IMG/VR virus record: IMGVR_UViG_2775507075_000002
Reading direction: 5' to 3' (one strand)
Length of the DNA: 64,000 nucleotides
From: an uncultured virus (IMG/VR IMGVR_UViG_2775507075_000002)
Taxonomy: Duplodnaviria > Heunggongvirae > Uroviricota > Caudoviricetes
Shown here piece by piece: positions 12,497-20,197 of this stretch. The notes under the pieces were generated by a model. It was not told the origin of the DNA. It made no database searches and was given only the letters and a program-made list of their open reading frames with translations. The position numbers were made by a program, and so were the translations under genes. Each line of letters opens with the position of its first letter. The stretch's first letter is position 1.

Positions 12497-13176
12497 ATGT
12501 GCGGACGATTTGCCCAATCACAGACACGCGAAGAATACCTAGCTTATCTTGCAGAAGAAGCTGATCGGGATATCGCCTATGCTCCAGAACCAATCGGCCG
12601 GTACAACGTGGCGCCGGGGACTAAAGTTTTGCTTCTGAGCGAACGAAACGAACAGCTGCACCTCGATCCGGTTCACTGGGGTTACGCACCAGGGTGGTGG
12701 GATAAACCGCCTCTGATTAACGCACGCGTTGGAAACGGCGGCCGCCAGCAGAATGTTTAAACCTCTCTGGCAACATGGCCGGGCGATTCTGCTTTGCCGA
12801 TGGCTGGTTTGAATGGAAGCGAGAAGGAGACAAGAAGCAGCCCTATTTCATTCATCGTGCCGATGGCCAGCCAATCTTCATGGCGGCGATCGGCAGTGTC
12901 CCTTTCGAGCGCGGTGACGAAGCCGAAGGTTTTTTGATAGTGACCGCTGCGGCCGATCAGGGGTTGGTCGATATTCACGACCGCCGTCCGCTGGTCCTGA
13001 CGCCGGCAGCAGCACGCGAATGGATGAGGCAGAATATCGGAGGGAAAGAGGCAGAGGAGATCGTTGCCGACGGTTCAGTGTCAGCAAACCATTTCACTTG
13101 GCACCCTGTATCCCGCGCAGTGGGAAACGTTAAGAATCAGGGGGCTGAATTGATTGTGGCTGTCAAAAGCCTATAG
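12497..13176 (+). CDS. yedK: SOS response-associated peptidase (SRAP/YedK), split by indels near 12730-12790
   Basis: MCGRF N-terminus, YNVAP, INAR, FEW, IHDRRP, VSRAVGNVKN. Confidence 0.88.
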
Positions 13177-13257
13177 CTTTATAAAACCCGCAATGCGGCA
13201 GATGCAGACGTTGTTTACATTGCGCAGCACTTATTGATGGGGACCATGTCAACCGAT

Positions 13258-13632
13258 TCAGGCTTTTACTCTGCCTTTCACTCCCGCCATCAAACTATGC
13301 TTTCCTTCTAAATCTACATCAGATGTCCATGCAGTGTAATTGCGACTCCTGCGGCCAGAAGCAACAATTTTACGCTTAATTTCTCTTGGGGACATGTTCT
13401 TCGCTTGACCTGCAAGAACATAGTCTCTGGATGCTTTCTCTATCGTTTTCAGTAAACTATCTGTGAGGATTTGTCCGTTGTTACGACATCTGCGAGTATT
13501 AAATCGTACAGCAAAATTCAGCACGTCCTGATAATCAGAGCGGACAATTTCTGTTTTGAGCATCTGCTGCACGCGTTTGTGGGCAGTTGTCGATTTCCCC
13601 TGTTTCACTATTGCTTGCTTAGCTGGCCTCAT
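13258..13632 (-). CDS. Basic hypothetical protein, 124 aa
   Basis: ORF with strong GGAGGGGG RBS; AT-rich. Confidence 0.7.
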   Translation of the reverse strand: MRPAKQAIVKQGKSTTAHKRVQQMLKTEIVRSDYQDVLNFAVRFNTRRCRNNGQILTDSLLKTIEKASRDYVLAGQAKNMSPREIKRKIVASGRRSRNYTAWTSDVDLEGKHSLMAGVKGRVKA

Positions 13633-13702
13633 ATCCCCCCTCCTAATATTGTTCTAATAATTATTTTATCATAACAGTTCATAAAACACTCAATGCAAAC
13701 TA

Positions 13703-14281
13703 TCAGAGCAGCTTTGTCAAGAGCTTAGCGCGGGGCGAATTGTTCCGCTTCACTCGAGCTTTGTCTGCGGCGTTCAGGGAATAGCCAAAAGATGCATATC
13801 TTTCAATGAGCTTCTTATCCGGCCGACTTATATTGACCTGTCTGATACCATATGCATCAGCGAAACTCTCTGAAATGATGAGCGCAATCGGCATGACAAA
13901 ACCTTTCAAAGGATGGTTATGTGGATTTCCTTCGAGGTAACGAAGGGTTATACAAAGTCGATTTTTAGAACGTCTACCAAGCATCAACCCACAAAGAAAA
14001 TCGCGGCATCGAATACTCACATCAATGCGTTTGGTCTGATTACGTCTTTCTTGGTTCCAGTTGAAGTCAATGTACTGCCGTTTTTCTGGCAGACGCCAAC
14101 TCCTACTAGCCTCATCTGAGTCTTCATAATAGATATGACCCAATTTAATTTCATCAACCGGCAATTGGCTACTAAACTTCGCAGCAATGGAAATCATGGC
14201 ATCCGCGATTGCCTCAGAATAGATTAGCTCATGGGTTAGCTCTTCATTGGCAGGAAGTATACCTGCTTGTACCGACTCCAT
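13703..14281 (-). CDS. Hypothetical protein, possible GNAT-fold acetyltransferase
   Basis: GGAG RBS; LRYLEGNP..HPLKG..helix..VNISRP..LIERYASFGY resembles GNAT motifs A/B. Confidence 0.7.
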   Translation of the reverse strand: MESVQAGILPANEELTHELIYSEAIADAMISIAAKFSSQLPVDEIKLGHIYYEDSDEASRSWRLPEKRQYIDFNWNQERRNQTKRIDVSIRCRDFLCGLMLGRRSKNRLCITLRYLEGNPHNHPLKGFVMPIALIISESFADAYGIRQVNISRPDKKLIERYASFGYSLNAADKARVKRNNSPRAKLLTKLL

Positions 14282-14430
14282 ATCAACTCCCTTTTAAAAT
14301 GGTTACTAGCACCAGTAAAATAAACATTTATTGATGTTTAAAACAAACACGGATGTCTACTCTTCGCTCTAAGCGGACTCTTTCAGTAGGATGATATTAG
14401 AACACATTCGTAAGGTTAAGGAACTAACAG

Positions 14431-15696
14431 TCATCTGACCTGGAGTAAATCGCGGTACCTAGTCGTGTACCGCGGAGAAAGCATTTCACGCTTCATCTGC
14501 CATGCGGTCTGGATTCCCTGCCCTGCAAAATACAGAGTTCCTCTTCCGCCTTTCGCATTGAGATGGTCGAGAACTTCCATCAGTTTCTCGCTATTCTTCC
14601 GTGGTGCGTTGTCGTCGAAGAGGTTGAGCTGCGCTACGCCCTGGCTGTAGAAATCCCCAAGCATAACGCCTGCTTTCTGATAGCGATGCCCGTCTCGCCA
14701 GATTGCATCGAGGCATTTCGTCGCCGCGGTAATTATGTCCCTGCTGTCCTGGGTTGGCGATAGCAGCTTTACCGATGCACTGTTCCCATAGTACGGCTCG
14801 TTCAGCGCAAAGGGGCTGGTTTTGACAAATGCGGAGATAAATCTGCAATACTGGTGCTCACCACGGAGTTTCTCCGCTGCACGTGAGGCGTAGCTGCATA
14901 TCGCCTGGCGCATCTCTTCGTAGGTGGAAATCCGCTGCCCAAAGCTGCGACTACAGACAATCTCCTGCTTTACCGGCGCGAACTCCTCAAGACCGAGACA
15001 TGGCTCTCCGCGCAGCTCCCGCACAGTTCGCTCCAGAACCACATTAAAATGCTTCCGGATAAAATGGATATCGGTATCCGCCAGTTGCAGTACCGTTTTA
15101 ATCCCCATGGCCTCCAGTTTTTTACTGATGCGGCGCCCGACGCCCCAGACCTCATCCACCGGAAGCAAAGCCATCAACTTCCTCTGCCTTTCCAGATTAG
15201 ACAGGTCCACCACTCCTCCGGTCTGTCGCTGCCACTGTTTCGCAGCATGATTGGCCAGCTTCGCCAGGGTTTTAGTCTGGGCTATGCCGACGCCGACCGT
15301 GAGGTGCGTCCTGCGCAGAACCGTCTCGCGAATTTCCCTGCCAAAATCGGTAAGATCGCGACAGTTACGAACACCAGTCAGATCGCAAAATGCCTCATCA
15401 ATACTGTAAATTTCGCAGCGTGGAGATAGTTCCTCCAGCGTTGTCATCACTCGGTTGGACATATCGGCATAAAGCTCATAGTTGCTGCTAAACGCGATAA
15501 TACCGTGCCGGCGAAACATGTCCTTTTGCTTGAAATAAGGCTCACCCATTTTGACGAAGGGCTTCGCCTCTTGCGAACGAGCGATCACGCAGCCGTCGTT
15601 GTTTGACAGGACGACCACCGGCCGCCCCTTCAGGTCAGGACGGAAAACGGTCTCGCACGATGCGTAAAATGAGTTCACATCGCAAAGTGCAAACAT
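14431..15696 (-). CDS. umuC: DNA polymerase V subunit UmuC
   Basis: Y-family motifs DVNSFYASCE, YSIDE. Confidence 0.97.
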   Translation of the reverse strand: MFALCDVNSFYASCETVFRPDLKGRPVVVLSNNDGCVIARSQEAKPFVKMGEPYFKQKDMFRRHGIIAFSSNYELYADMSNRVMTTLEELSPRCEIYSIDEAFCDLTGVRNCRDLTDFGREIRETVLRRTHLTVGVGIAQTKTLAKLANHAAKQWQRQTGGVVDLSNLERQRKLMALLPVDEVWGVGRRISKKLEAMGIKTVLQLADTDIHFIRKHFNVVLERTVRELRGEPCLGLEEFAPVKQEIVCSRSFGQRISTYEEMRQAICSYASRAAEKLRGEHQYCRFISAFVKTSPFALNEPYYGNSASVKLLSPTQDSRDIITAATKCLDAIWRDGHRYQKAGVMLGDFYSQGVAQLNLFDDNAPRKNSEKLMEVLDHLNAKGGRGTLYFAGQGIQTAWQMKREMLSPRYTTRYRDLLQVR

Positions 15697-15697
15697 T

Positions 15698-16117
15698 TCA
15701 GCCAGCCGATTTGATGATGTAAGTTACGACCCCGAACACATCGAGAGTATCCTCGCTACCCACGACTATCGGCGAATATGCAGGGTTCATTGGGTTAAGC
15801 TGAACCCGCGGATGCAGCTGCAGCTTCTTAACGGTGAATTCCCCATCCACTGCAGCGATAACGATATCGCCATGAACTGCTGTCCTTGAGCTATCCACAA
15901 CAAGAAGATCACCTTCTCCTATGCCGGCATCCTTCATGCTGTCGCCGGCGGCTTTGACAAAATACGTCGCACTGGGGTGGTTAACGAGCAACTCGTTCAG
16001 ATCGATGCGTTGCTCAACGTAATCCTGTGCAGGGCTTGGAAAACCACATTGCACAAGGTCACTGTACAACGGGATCAGCATGATCTCACGTAACTCAACG
16101 GGCGTGTAAAACTGCAT
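15698..16117 (-). CDS. umuD: UmuD, 139 aa
   Basis: CGFPSPA, GDSM, VKKL S24 motifs. Confidence 0.95.
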   Translation of the reverse strand: MQFYTPVELREIMLIPLYSDLVQCGFPSPAQDYVEQRIDLNELLVNHPSATYFVKAAGDSMKDAGIGEGDLLVVDSSRTAVHGDIVIAAVDGEFTVKKLQLHPRVQLNPMNPAYSPIVVGSEDTLDVFGVVTYIIKSAG

Positions 16118-16139
16118 AATTGACTCGCTCAGATTAATA

Positions 16140-16155
16140 CTGTTTTTATATACAG
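16140..16155. promoter_or_regulatory. LexA box of umuDC
   Basis: CTG-TTTTTATATA-CAG just upstream of umuD. Confidence 0.92.
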
Positions 16156-16335
16156 TAGTTTTAACAGGGCGACAGATCAATATAGGTTCTGGCTATAAAT
16201 TTTTGTCATTGCCGTAACACATTGATGTAACGAGTAAGGTTAGTCTGAAAGTGTTTTCAGGCCTTAGCTGTTTGATGGTTTTGCGAACAATGCGAGGTTA
16301 AAATTTTTCAGCTATGGCAATGCCTTAATAGCAAA

Positions 16336-16378
16336 TTGCTCACCTGCGATCTCTTGCATACGGTTCGCAGGTGAGCAA
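16336..16378. other. Perfect 14-bp inverted repeat (hairpin)
   Basis: TTGCTCACCTGCGA...TCGCAGGTGAGCAA. Confidence 0.8.
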
Positions 16379-16380
16379 AC

Positions 16381-16441
16381 TTAACCGGCTGGAAAATATT
16401 TATAAATCGTCTTTACTCCCACTCCTATCACATCGGCTACC
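16381..16441 (-). pseudogene. Displaced invertase 3' end (VADVIGVGVKTIYKYFPAG*)
   Basis: Colinear with 17170..17230; differences mostly at third codon positions. Confidence 0.9.
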
Positions 16442-16462
16442 AAACCAATGTTTTAACTGCTC

Positions 16463-16584
16463 AGACCAGAAATATCTGGAAGCTTTAGGCATCTTCTTGG
16501 AAGATAGACGAGCGCAAAGACGCACACAGCAATGATGTTATGTAGTATTTTCCCCTTGAGTGTGCCTGCTCAAGGGGATTTTTT
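16463..16584 (+). ncRNA. Candidate sRNA with RprA-complementary core, ending in an intrinsic terminator
   Basis: Homologous to 20078..20197; shared GCAAAGACGCACACAGCAAT; CCCCTTGAG/CTCAAGGGG hairpin plus T run. Confidence 0.6.
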
Positions 16585-16596
16585 ATCGCCGTATTG

Positions 16597-16651
16597 TACT
16601 GGCAAATATTTGTAAATAGTCTTCCCCCCCCACGCCTGTCACATCGGCCAC
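16597..16651 (-). pseudogene. Second displaced invertase 3' end (VADVTGVGGKTIYKYLPV)
   Basis: Translates in frame in copy 1; one extra C in the homopolymer in copy 2. Confidence 0.85.
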
Positions 16652-16669
16652 ACGCGACTGGACAGGCGG

Positions 16670-17092
16670 TTAGTCCGGTATGTTTCTCGCGCTACTACTG
16701 CTTACGTTAACGTCTGGTAATGATCTAGCGGCGCGACGTAAAGCGGCGTTGAAAGCAATTATAGTGACCGGCCGGCGTTGGTACTTCACACGGTTAGAAT
16801 GGCTCTGAAATAAAAAAACATCTTCTGGATAGCGTTCTCTTCTACGAGCAATCATCGCCTCCACTGGAGGGGTTGATTTAACACGTAGCTCCTTCAGGTG
16901 ACCCTGTTTTCGTATCAGTATCAAGTCACCATCAATATCATCATATCGAATACTCAGCAGCCTTCCAGCGCTTAAACCCGTGTGAAAAATTAACGCCCAC
17001 AAGTCAGCCCATGTATCTGAGATGGAAACAAGATTGCTGTTAATAGTTAAAAATTGCTCAAAACTTATTGTTTTCTTACCGTTCACGAACAA
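16670..17092 (-). CDS. Truncated tyrosine-recombinase-like protein
   Basis: LIFHTGLSAGRLLSIRYDDID resembles integrase box I (TGxR) with R>S; no HxxR or Tyr box. Confidence 0.6.
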   Translation of the reverse strand: MFVNGKKTISFEQFLTINSNLVSISDTWADLWALIFHTGLSAGRLLSIRYDDIDGDLILIRKQGHLKELRVKSTPPVEAMIARRRERYPEDVFLFQSHSNRVKYQRRPVTIIAFNAALRRAARSLPDVNVSSSSARNIPD

Positions 17093-17169
17093 ACCAAACT
17101 GTTTTCAAAGCTGAATGAATTGATTAAGCCAAACGTAACATATCAGGAAAAGTAGTGAAATCTTTGCCT

Positions 17170-17718
17170 TCAAGTCGCCGGGAGGTACTTGTAGATTGTT
17201 TTCACGTCTACACCTATCACATCGGCTACCTGCTGCCGGGTAGCGCCGTTCTCCAGCATTCTGCGGCACCGCTCCACCACTTCTTCAGTCATTACCCGGC
17301 GACGTCCGCCGATACGCCCCTGCTCTCTCGCCGCCACCAGTCCTGCGCGGGTCCTCTCCACAATCAGCTCTCGTTCCATCTCTGCCAGCGCGCTCATGAC
17401 GTGGAAGAAGAAACGCCCCGCGGCCGTTGATGTGTCGATCGAGTCAGTCAGGCTTCGAAAGTTCACCCCACGCGCCTGCAGCTCTGACACCAACGTGATT
17501 AAATCCCGCACGCTGCGCCCCAACCTATCCAGTTTCCAGACCACCAGCACATCACCCGGCTTTAGCTGCCGCAGCGCGCGCTTTAGCCCAGCCCGCCGGG
17601 CATTCTTTCCGCTCGCCGTATCCTCGTAAATCAGCTCACATTCTGCGCGAATCAGCGCATTTTTCTGTAAATCGAGGTTTTGATCCCCGGTTGATACCCG
17701 AGCATAGCCAATCAGCAC
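17170..17718 (-). CDS. Serine recombinase, Hin/Gin/Pin-type DNA invertase
   Basis: GYARVST (catalytic Ser), WKLDRLGRS, ERTRAGL, GGRR, C-terminal HTH. Confidence 0.96.
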   Translation of the reverse strand: MLIGYARVSTGDQNLDLQKNALIRAECELIYEDTASGKNARRAGLKRALRQLKPGDVLVVWKLDRLGRSVRDLITLVSELQARGVNFRSLTDSIDTSTAAGRFFFHVMSALAEMERELIVERTRAGLVAAREQGRIGGRRRVMTEEVVERCRRMLENGATRQQVADVIGVDVKTIYKYLPAT

Positions 17719-17761
17719 TATCTAACTCCTTGAAATAGCTGATTGTAAAAAGCCGCGGCCA

Positions 17762-17815
17762 TTCGCTCAAACCCTCGTTTGGGCGAAGCCTCTTTTTGGA
17801 GCAAAAAACATGGCC
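17762..17815 (+). repeat. Left inverted repeat (54 bp) with 26-bp hix/gix-like site at 17762..17787
   Basis: TTCGCTCAAACC-CT-CGTTTGGGCGAA followed by RBS and ATGGCC; exact reverse complement at 22797..22850. Confidence 0.95.
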
Positions 17816-18553
17816 CTGACTCCTCCACTCGGCTCGACGACACCAGAGGTCTTGTTACGTAATGCTGGCGATCTTGATCGCGCCATGAACAGTGAAGATG
17901 ATACCTGGCAAAACCGAGGTGGTGATGAGCTCCCCACCATGAAGGGATATCAGAAACAGGTGGATGCCATCACTGATGATGTTTTTCAGGCCAGGGATAC
18001 GGCTGTTGAAGCAGCTGCAACGTTACCCACAAAACAACAATTCCTTGAGCTACAGGTGGAAGTCGACGGTATCACGGCCGATCCTGCAAACGCGATTGCA
18101 AACATTACCATTCCGGCGAAAGACTTTGACCTTGCTGTAGGGAGTGCCAGTTTTGGCATGATAGCCAGTCGCCTCGCGGGCTGGCAGTTCACTCATGGGG
18201 TAAACGCATCCATCACCAAAATGATAGACCTGCCGTCTCACTGGTCAAAAATGCGTATATCCCTGATCTGGACAAACCTCGTTGCTAACAACAATTTCAA
18301 TGTGAGCCTTTCAGGTGAGCGGCATAGCTGGTCTGCCGGTGAGTCTTTCAATCAGGAGCCTGCAGGTTATGCTGCGGTCGTTCCGGTTAATGGCACACCG
18401 TTTATTGCAGTGGAAACACAATTAGCGCTTGATCTCACCGTTGACCCTACACGGCATACTACCCTTCGCATCGGACGAAATGGCGCGTCTTCCAGCGATA
18501 CCCTGCCCACTGCCATCGCATTACTCGCCGTCAGACTGACAAAGGTGGCTTAA
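17810..18553 (+). CDS. Tail anchor/adaptor protein of the alternative RBP set
   Basis: N-terminus MALTPPLGSTTPE..NRGGDELPT homologous to MAELNPPLGTTTPE..DRGGEPLDT. Confidence 0.78.
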   Translation: MALTPPLGSTTPEVLLRNAGDLDRAMNSEDDTWQNRGGDELPTMKGYQKQVDAITDDVFQARDTAVEAAATLPTKQQFLELQVEVDGITADPANAIANITIPAKDFDLAVGSASFGMIASRLAGWQFTHGVNASITKMIDLPSHWSKMRISLIWTNLVANNNFNVSLSGERHSWSAGESFNQEPAGYAAVVPVNGTPFIAVETQLALDLTVDPTRHTTLRIGRNGASSSDTLPTAIALLAVRLTKVA

Positions 18554-19789
18554 ATGAGTGTTTACCAGTCATGGCGGACGGCCTGGCGAACACCAGGCGT
18601 GTTAAGAAATTATCCTCCTAATCCGCTTTATGTGGATACGGTCAGAGGAAAAGCGTCGGGAAAAGGGTCAGTCGATGATCCAGTGAACAGCCTCGGTCTG
18701 GCGCAGGGGTTATGCCTCGGTCTTTCCGATTATGAAATAAAGATTATTGCCCCGGAAAGTTCTCCACTACGACAGGAGGTTGTATTTAACACCACCGAGA
18801 ATGTGACCTTATCAGGCGTTGATGGTGAACCGTGGTACACCTTTGGATCTGAAGAACATACATCCGGGTGGACTCAGAACGGTCAGATTTTTCAGAAAAC
18901 ACTGGGGTATACCTCTGTGCTTCAGGTGGTCGTTACATCAATGACGGAGACGGTCGGTGACAGAGATGATTTTCTTTTTAAACTACTACAAAACACCTCC
19001 ACGCCGACCACGCCAGCAGCTGGTGAGTATGGATATGCAGGAGGCATTATTTATGTCCGGTTACCGGATGATTCAGACCCTGCTCTGCACTCGATTGAAA
19101 TATCCCGGCGTAATTTTGGGGTAGCGACAACCGGGTTTGGACTCCTTACGGTGAATGACTGTATCGCGCGCTATTGCATGATTAATGGCATTTCCTGCGG
19201 GTTATCCACGCAACCGGCAGGCACCGGCTTCCTGACCGTCAATGACTCCGTTATTGAGTACTGTGCGAATGCCGGTGTTGGTGGTACGGGGCGAAATGAG
19301 TTGATAATCTGTAATAACGTGCGTGCCTGGCGGATTTCAAATGATGGCTTCGGGCAGCATGCGCCTGTAGGCGGTGCCGGAAAAATGATCCTGAATGGCT
19401 GTAATGGTAGTTATAACGGCGATCAGGCCGGTCAGTCTGCCCAGGGGGCTTCAAACCATGAGTTTACGAAAATGGTAATCAACGGAGGGACATTCAATTT
19501 TAATGTCTCAGGCGGAATGGTGGCTATTGAAAATGCGCAGTGTGATATTCACGGCGACACAAAATACGGGCCTGTTGTGATGGACGGGAATATGAGGCTG
19601 GGGAATACGGCAGGAACTATCGCCAGCCAGGCTGGATGCGCCTGGCTGAACTATGCCACTGGGATAGTGACGGGAGATGTAACCGTTAAAAACGGTCAAG
19701 GTGTCGGCGTTCGCCGTGGGCCAGATGCCATCGTGGAAGGTATCGCAACGATCCACTCAATCAACAACGCACTGCCGGATATTTTGTGA
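18554..19789 (+). CDS. Putative parallel beta-helix polysaccharide depolymerase without an anchor domain
   Basis: Gly/Asn/Cys-rich repeating strands (LTVNDC..NGI, LTVNDS..AGV, NNVRA..NDGF); abuts the upstream stop. Confidence 0.65.
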   Translation: MSVYQSWRTAWRTPGVLRNYPPNPLYVDTVRGKASGKGSVDDPVNSLGLAQGLCLGLSDYEIKIIAPESSPLRQEVVFNTTENVTLSGVDGEPWYTFGSEEHTSGWTQNGQIFQKTLGYTSVLQVVVTSMTETVGDRDDFLFKLLQNTSTPTTPAAGEYGYAGGIIYVRLPDDSDPALHSIEISRRNFGVATTGFGLLTVNDCIARYCMINGISCGLSTQPAGTGFLTVNDSVIEYCANAGVGGTGRNELIICNNVRAWRISNDGFGQHAPVGGAGKMILNGCNGSYNGDQAGQSAQGASNHEFTKMVINGGTFNFNVSGGMVAIENAQCDIHGDTKYGPVVMDGNMRLGNTAGTIASQAGCAWLNYATGIVTGDVTVKNGQGVGVRRGPDAIVEGIATIHSINNALPDIL

Positions 19790-19796
19790 GGTAAAA

Positions 19797-20012
19797 ATGA
19801 CAGTATGCAGATTGTGTCAGTGTGAGCCAATGGTGATGACAAAGCCGGAAACCGATGGAATCACCTATTTTTATGTGCATTATGTGGAATGTTCCGGATG
19901 TGGCATAGGAACAAAACGGTTTTCTGAGCAAATGATGGAGGCTGAGGCCGCTATCAGCCAGGCTTCAGAACAGTGGGAGCTGATGAATATAACGGTTCCT
20001 GACATCAGATAG
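19797..20012 (+). CDS. Small zinc-finger protein, Lar-like (71 aa)
   Basis: GAGGT RBS; CxxC...VECSGCG...A..QW pattern. Confidence 0.55.
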   Translation: MTVCRLCQCEPMVMTKPETDGITYFYVHYVECSGCGIGTKRFSEQMMEAEAAISQASEQWELMNITVPDIR

Positions 20013-20077
20013 ACGATATGCGGCTCCTGTCACGTACGTTATTTAACGAGCCTCCCGGCGACCTTGTTGCACTCTAA

Positions 20078-20197
20078 AGACGAGAAACATCTGGAAACAC
20101 CAGGAATTTTCTTAGAAGATACTCGATGCGCAAAGACGCACACAGCAATAATGTCATTCAGTATTTTCCCCCGGCGTGCCTCCGGGGGCGTTTTTTT
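20078..20197 (+). ncRNA. Candidate sRNA with RprA-complementary core (second, diverged homologue)
   Basis: Core 20130..20149; CCCCCGG/CCGGGGG hairpin plus T7. Confidence 0.6.

Noticed and set aside
13179..13220. Possible displaced umuC 3' end (TTSASAALRVL*)
   Set aside because: Spacing resembles the UmuC C-terminus but identity is too low to support
16118..16180. Extended 160-aa UmuD start
   Set aside because: The extension runs through the LexA box and promoter; the 139-aa start fits the family
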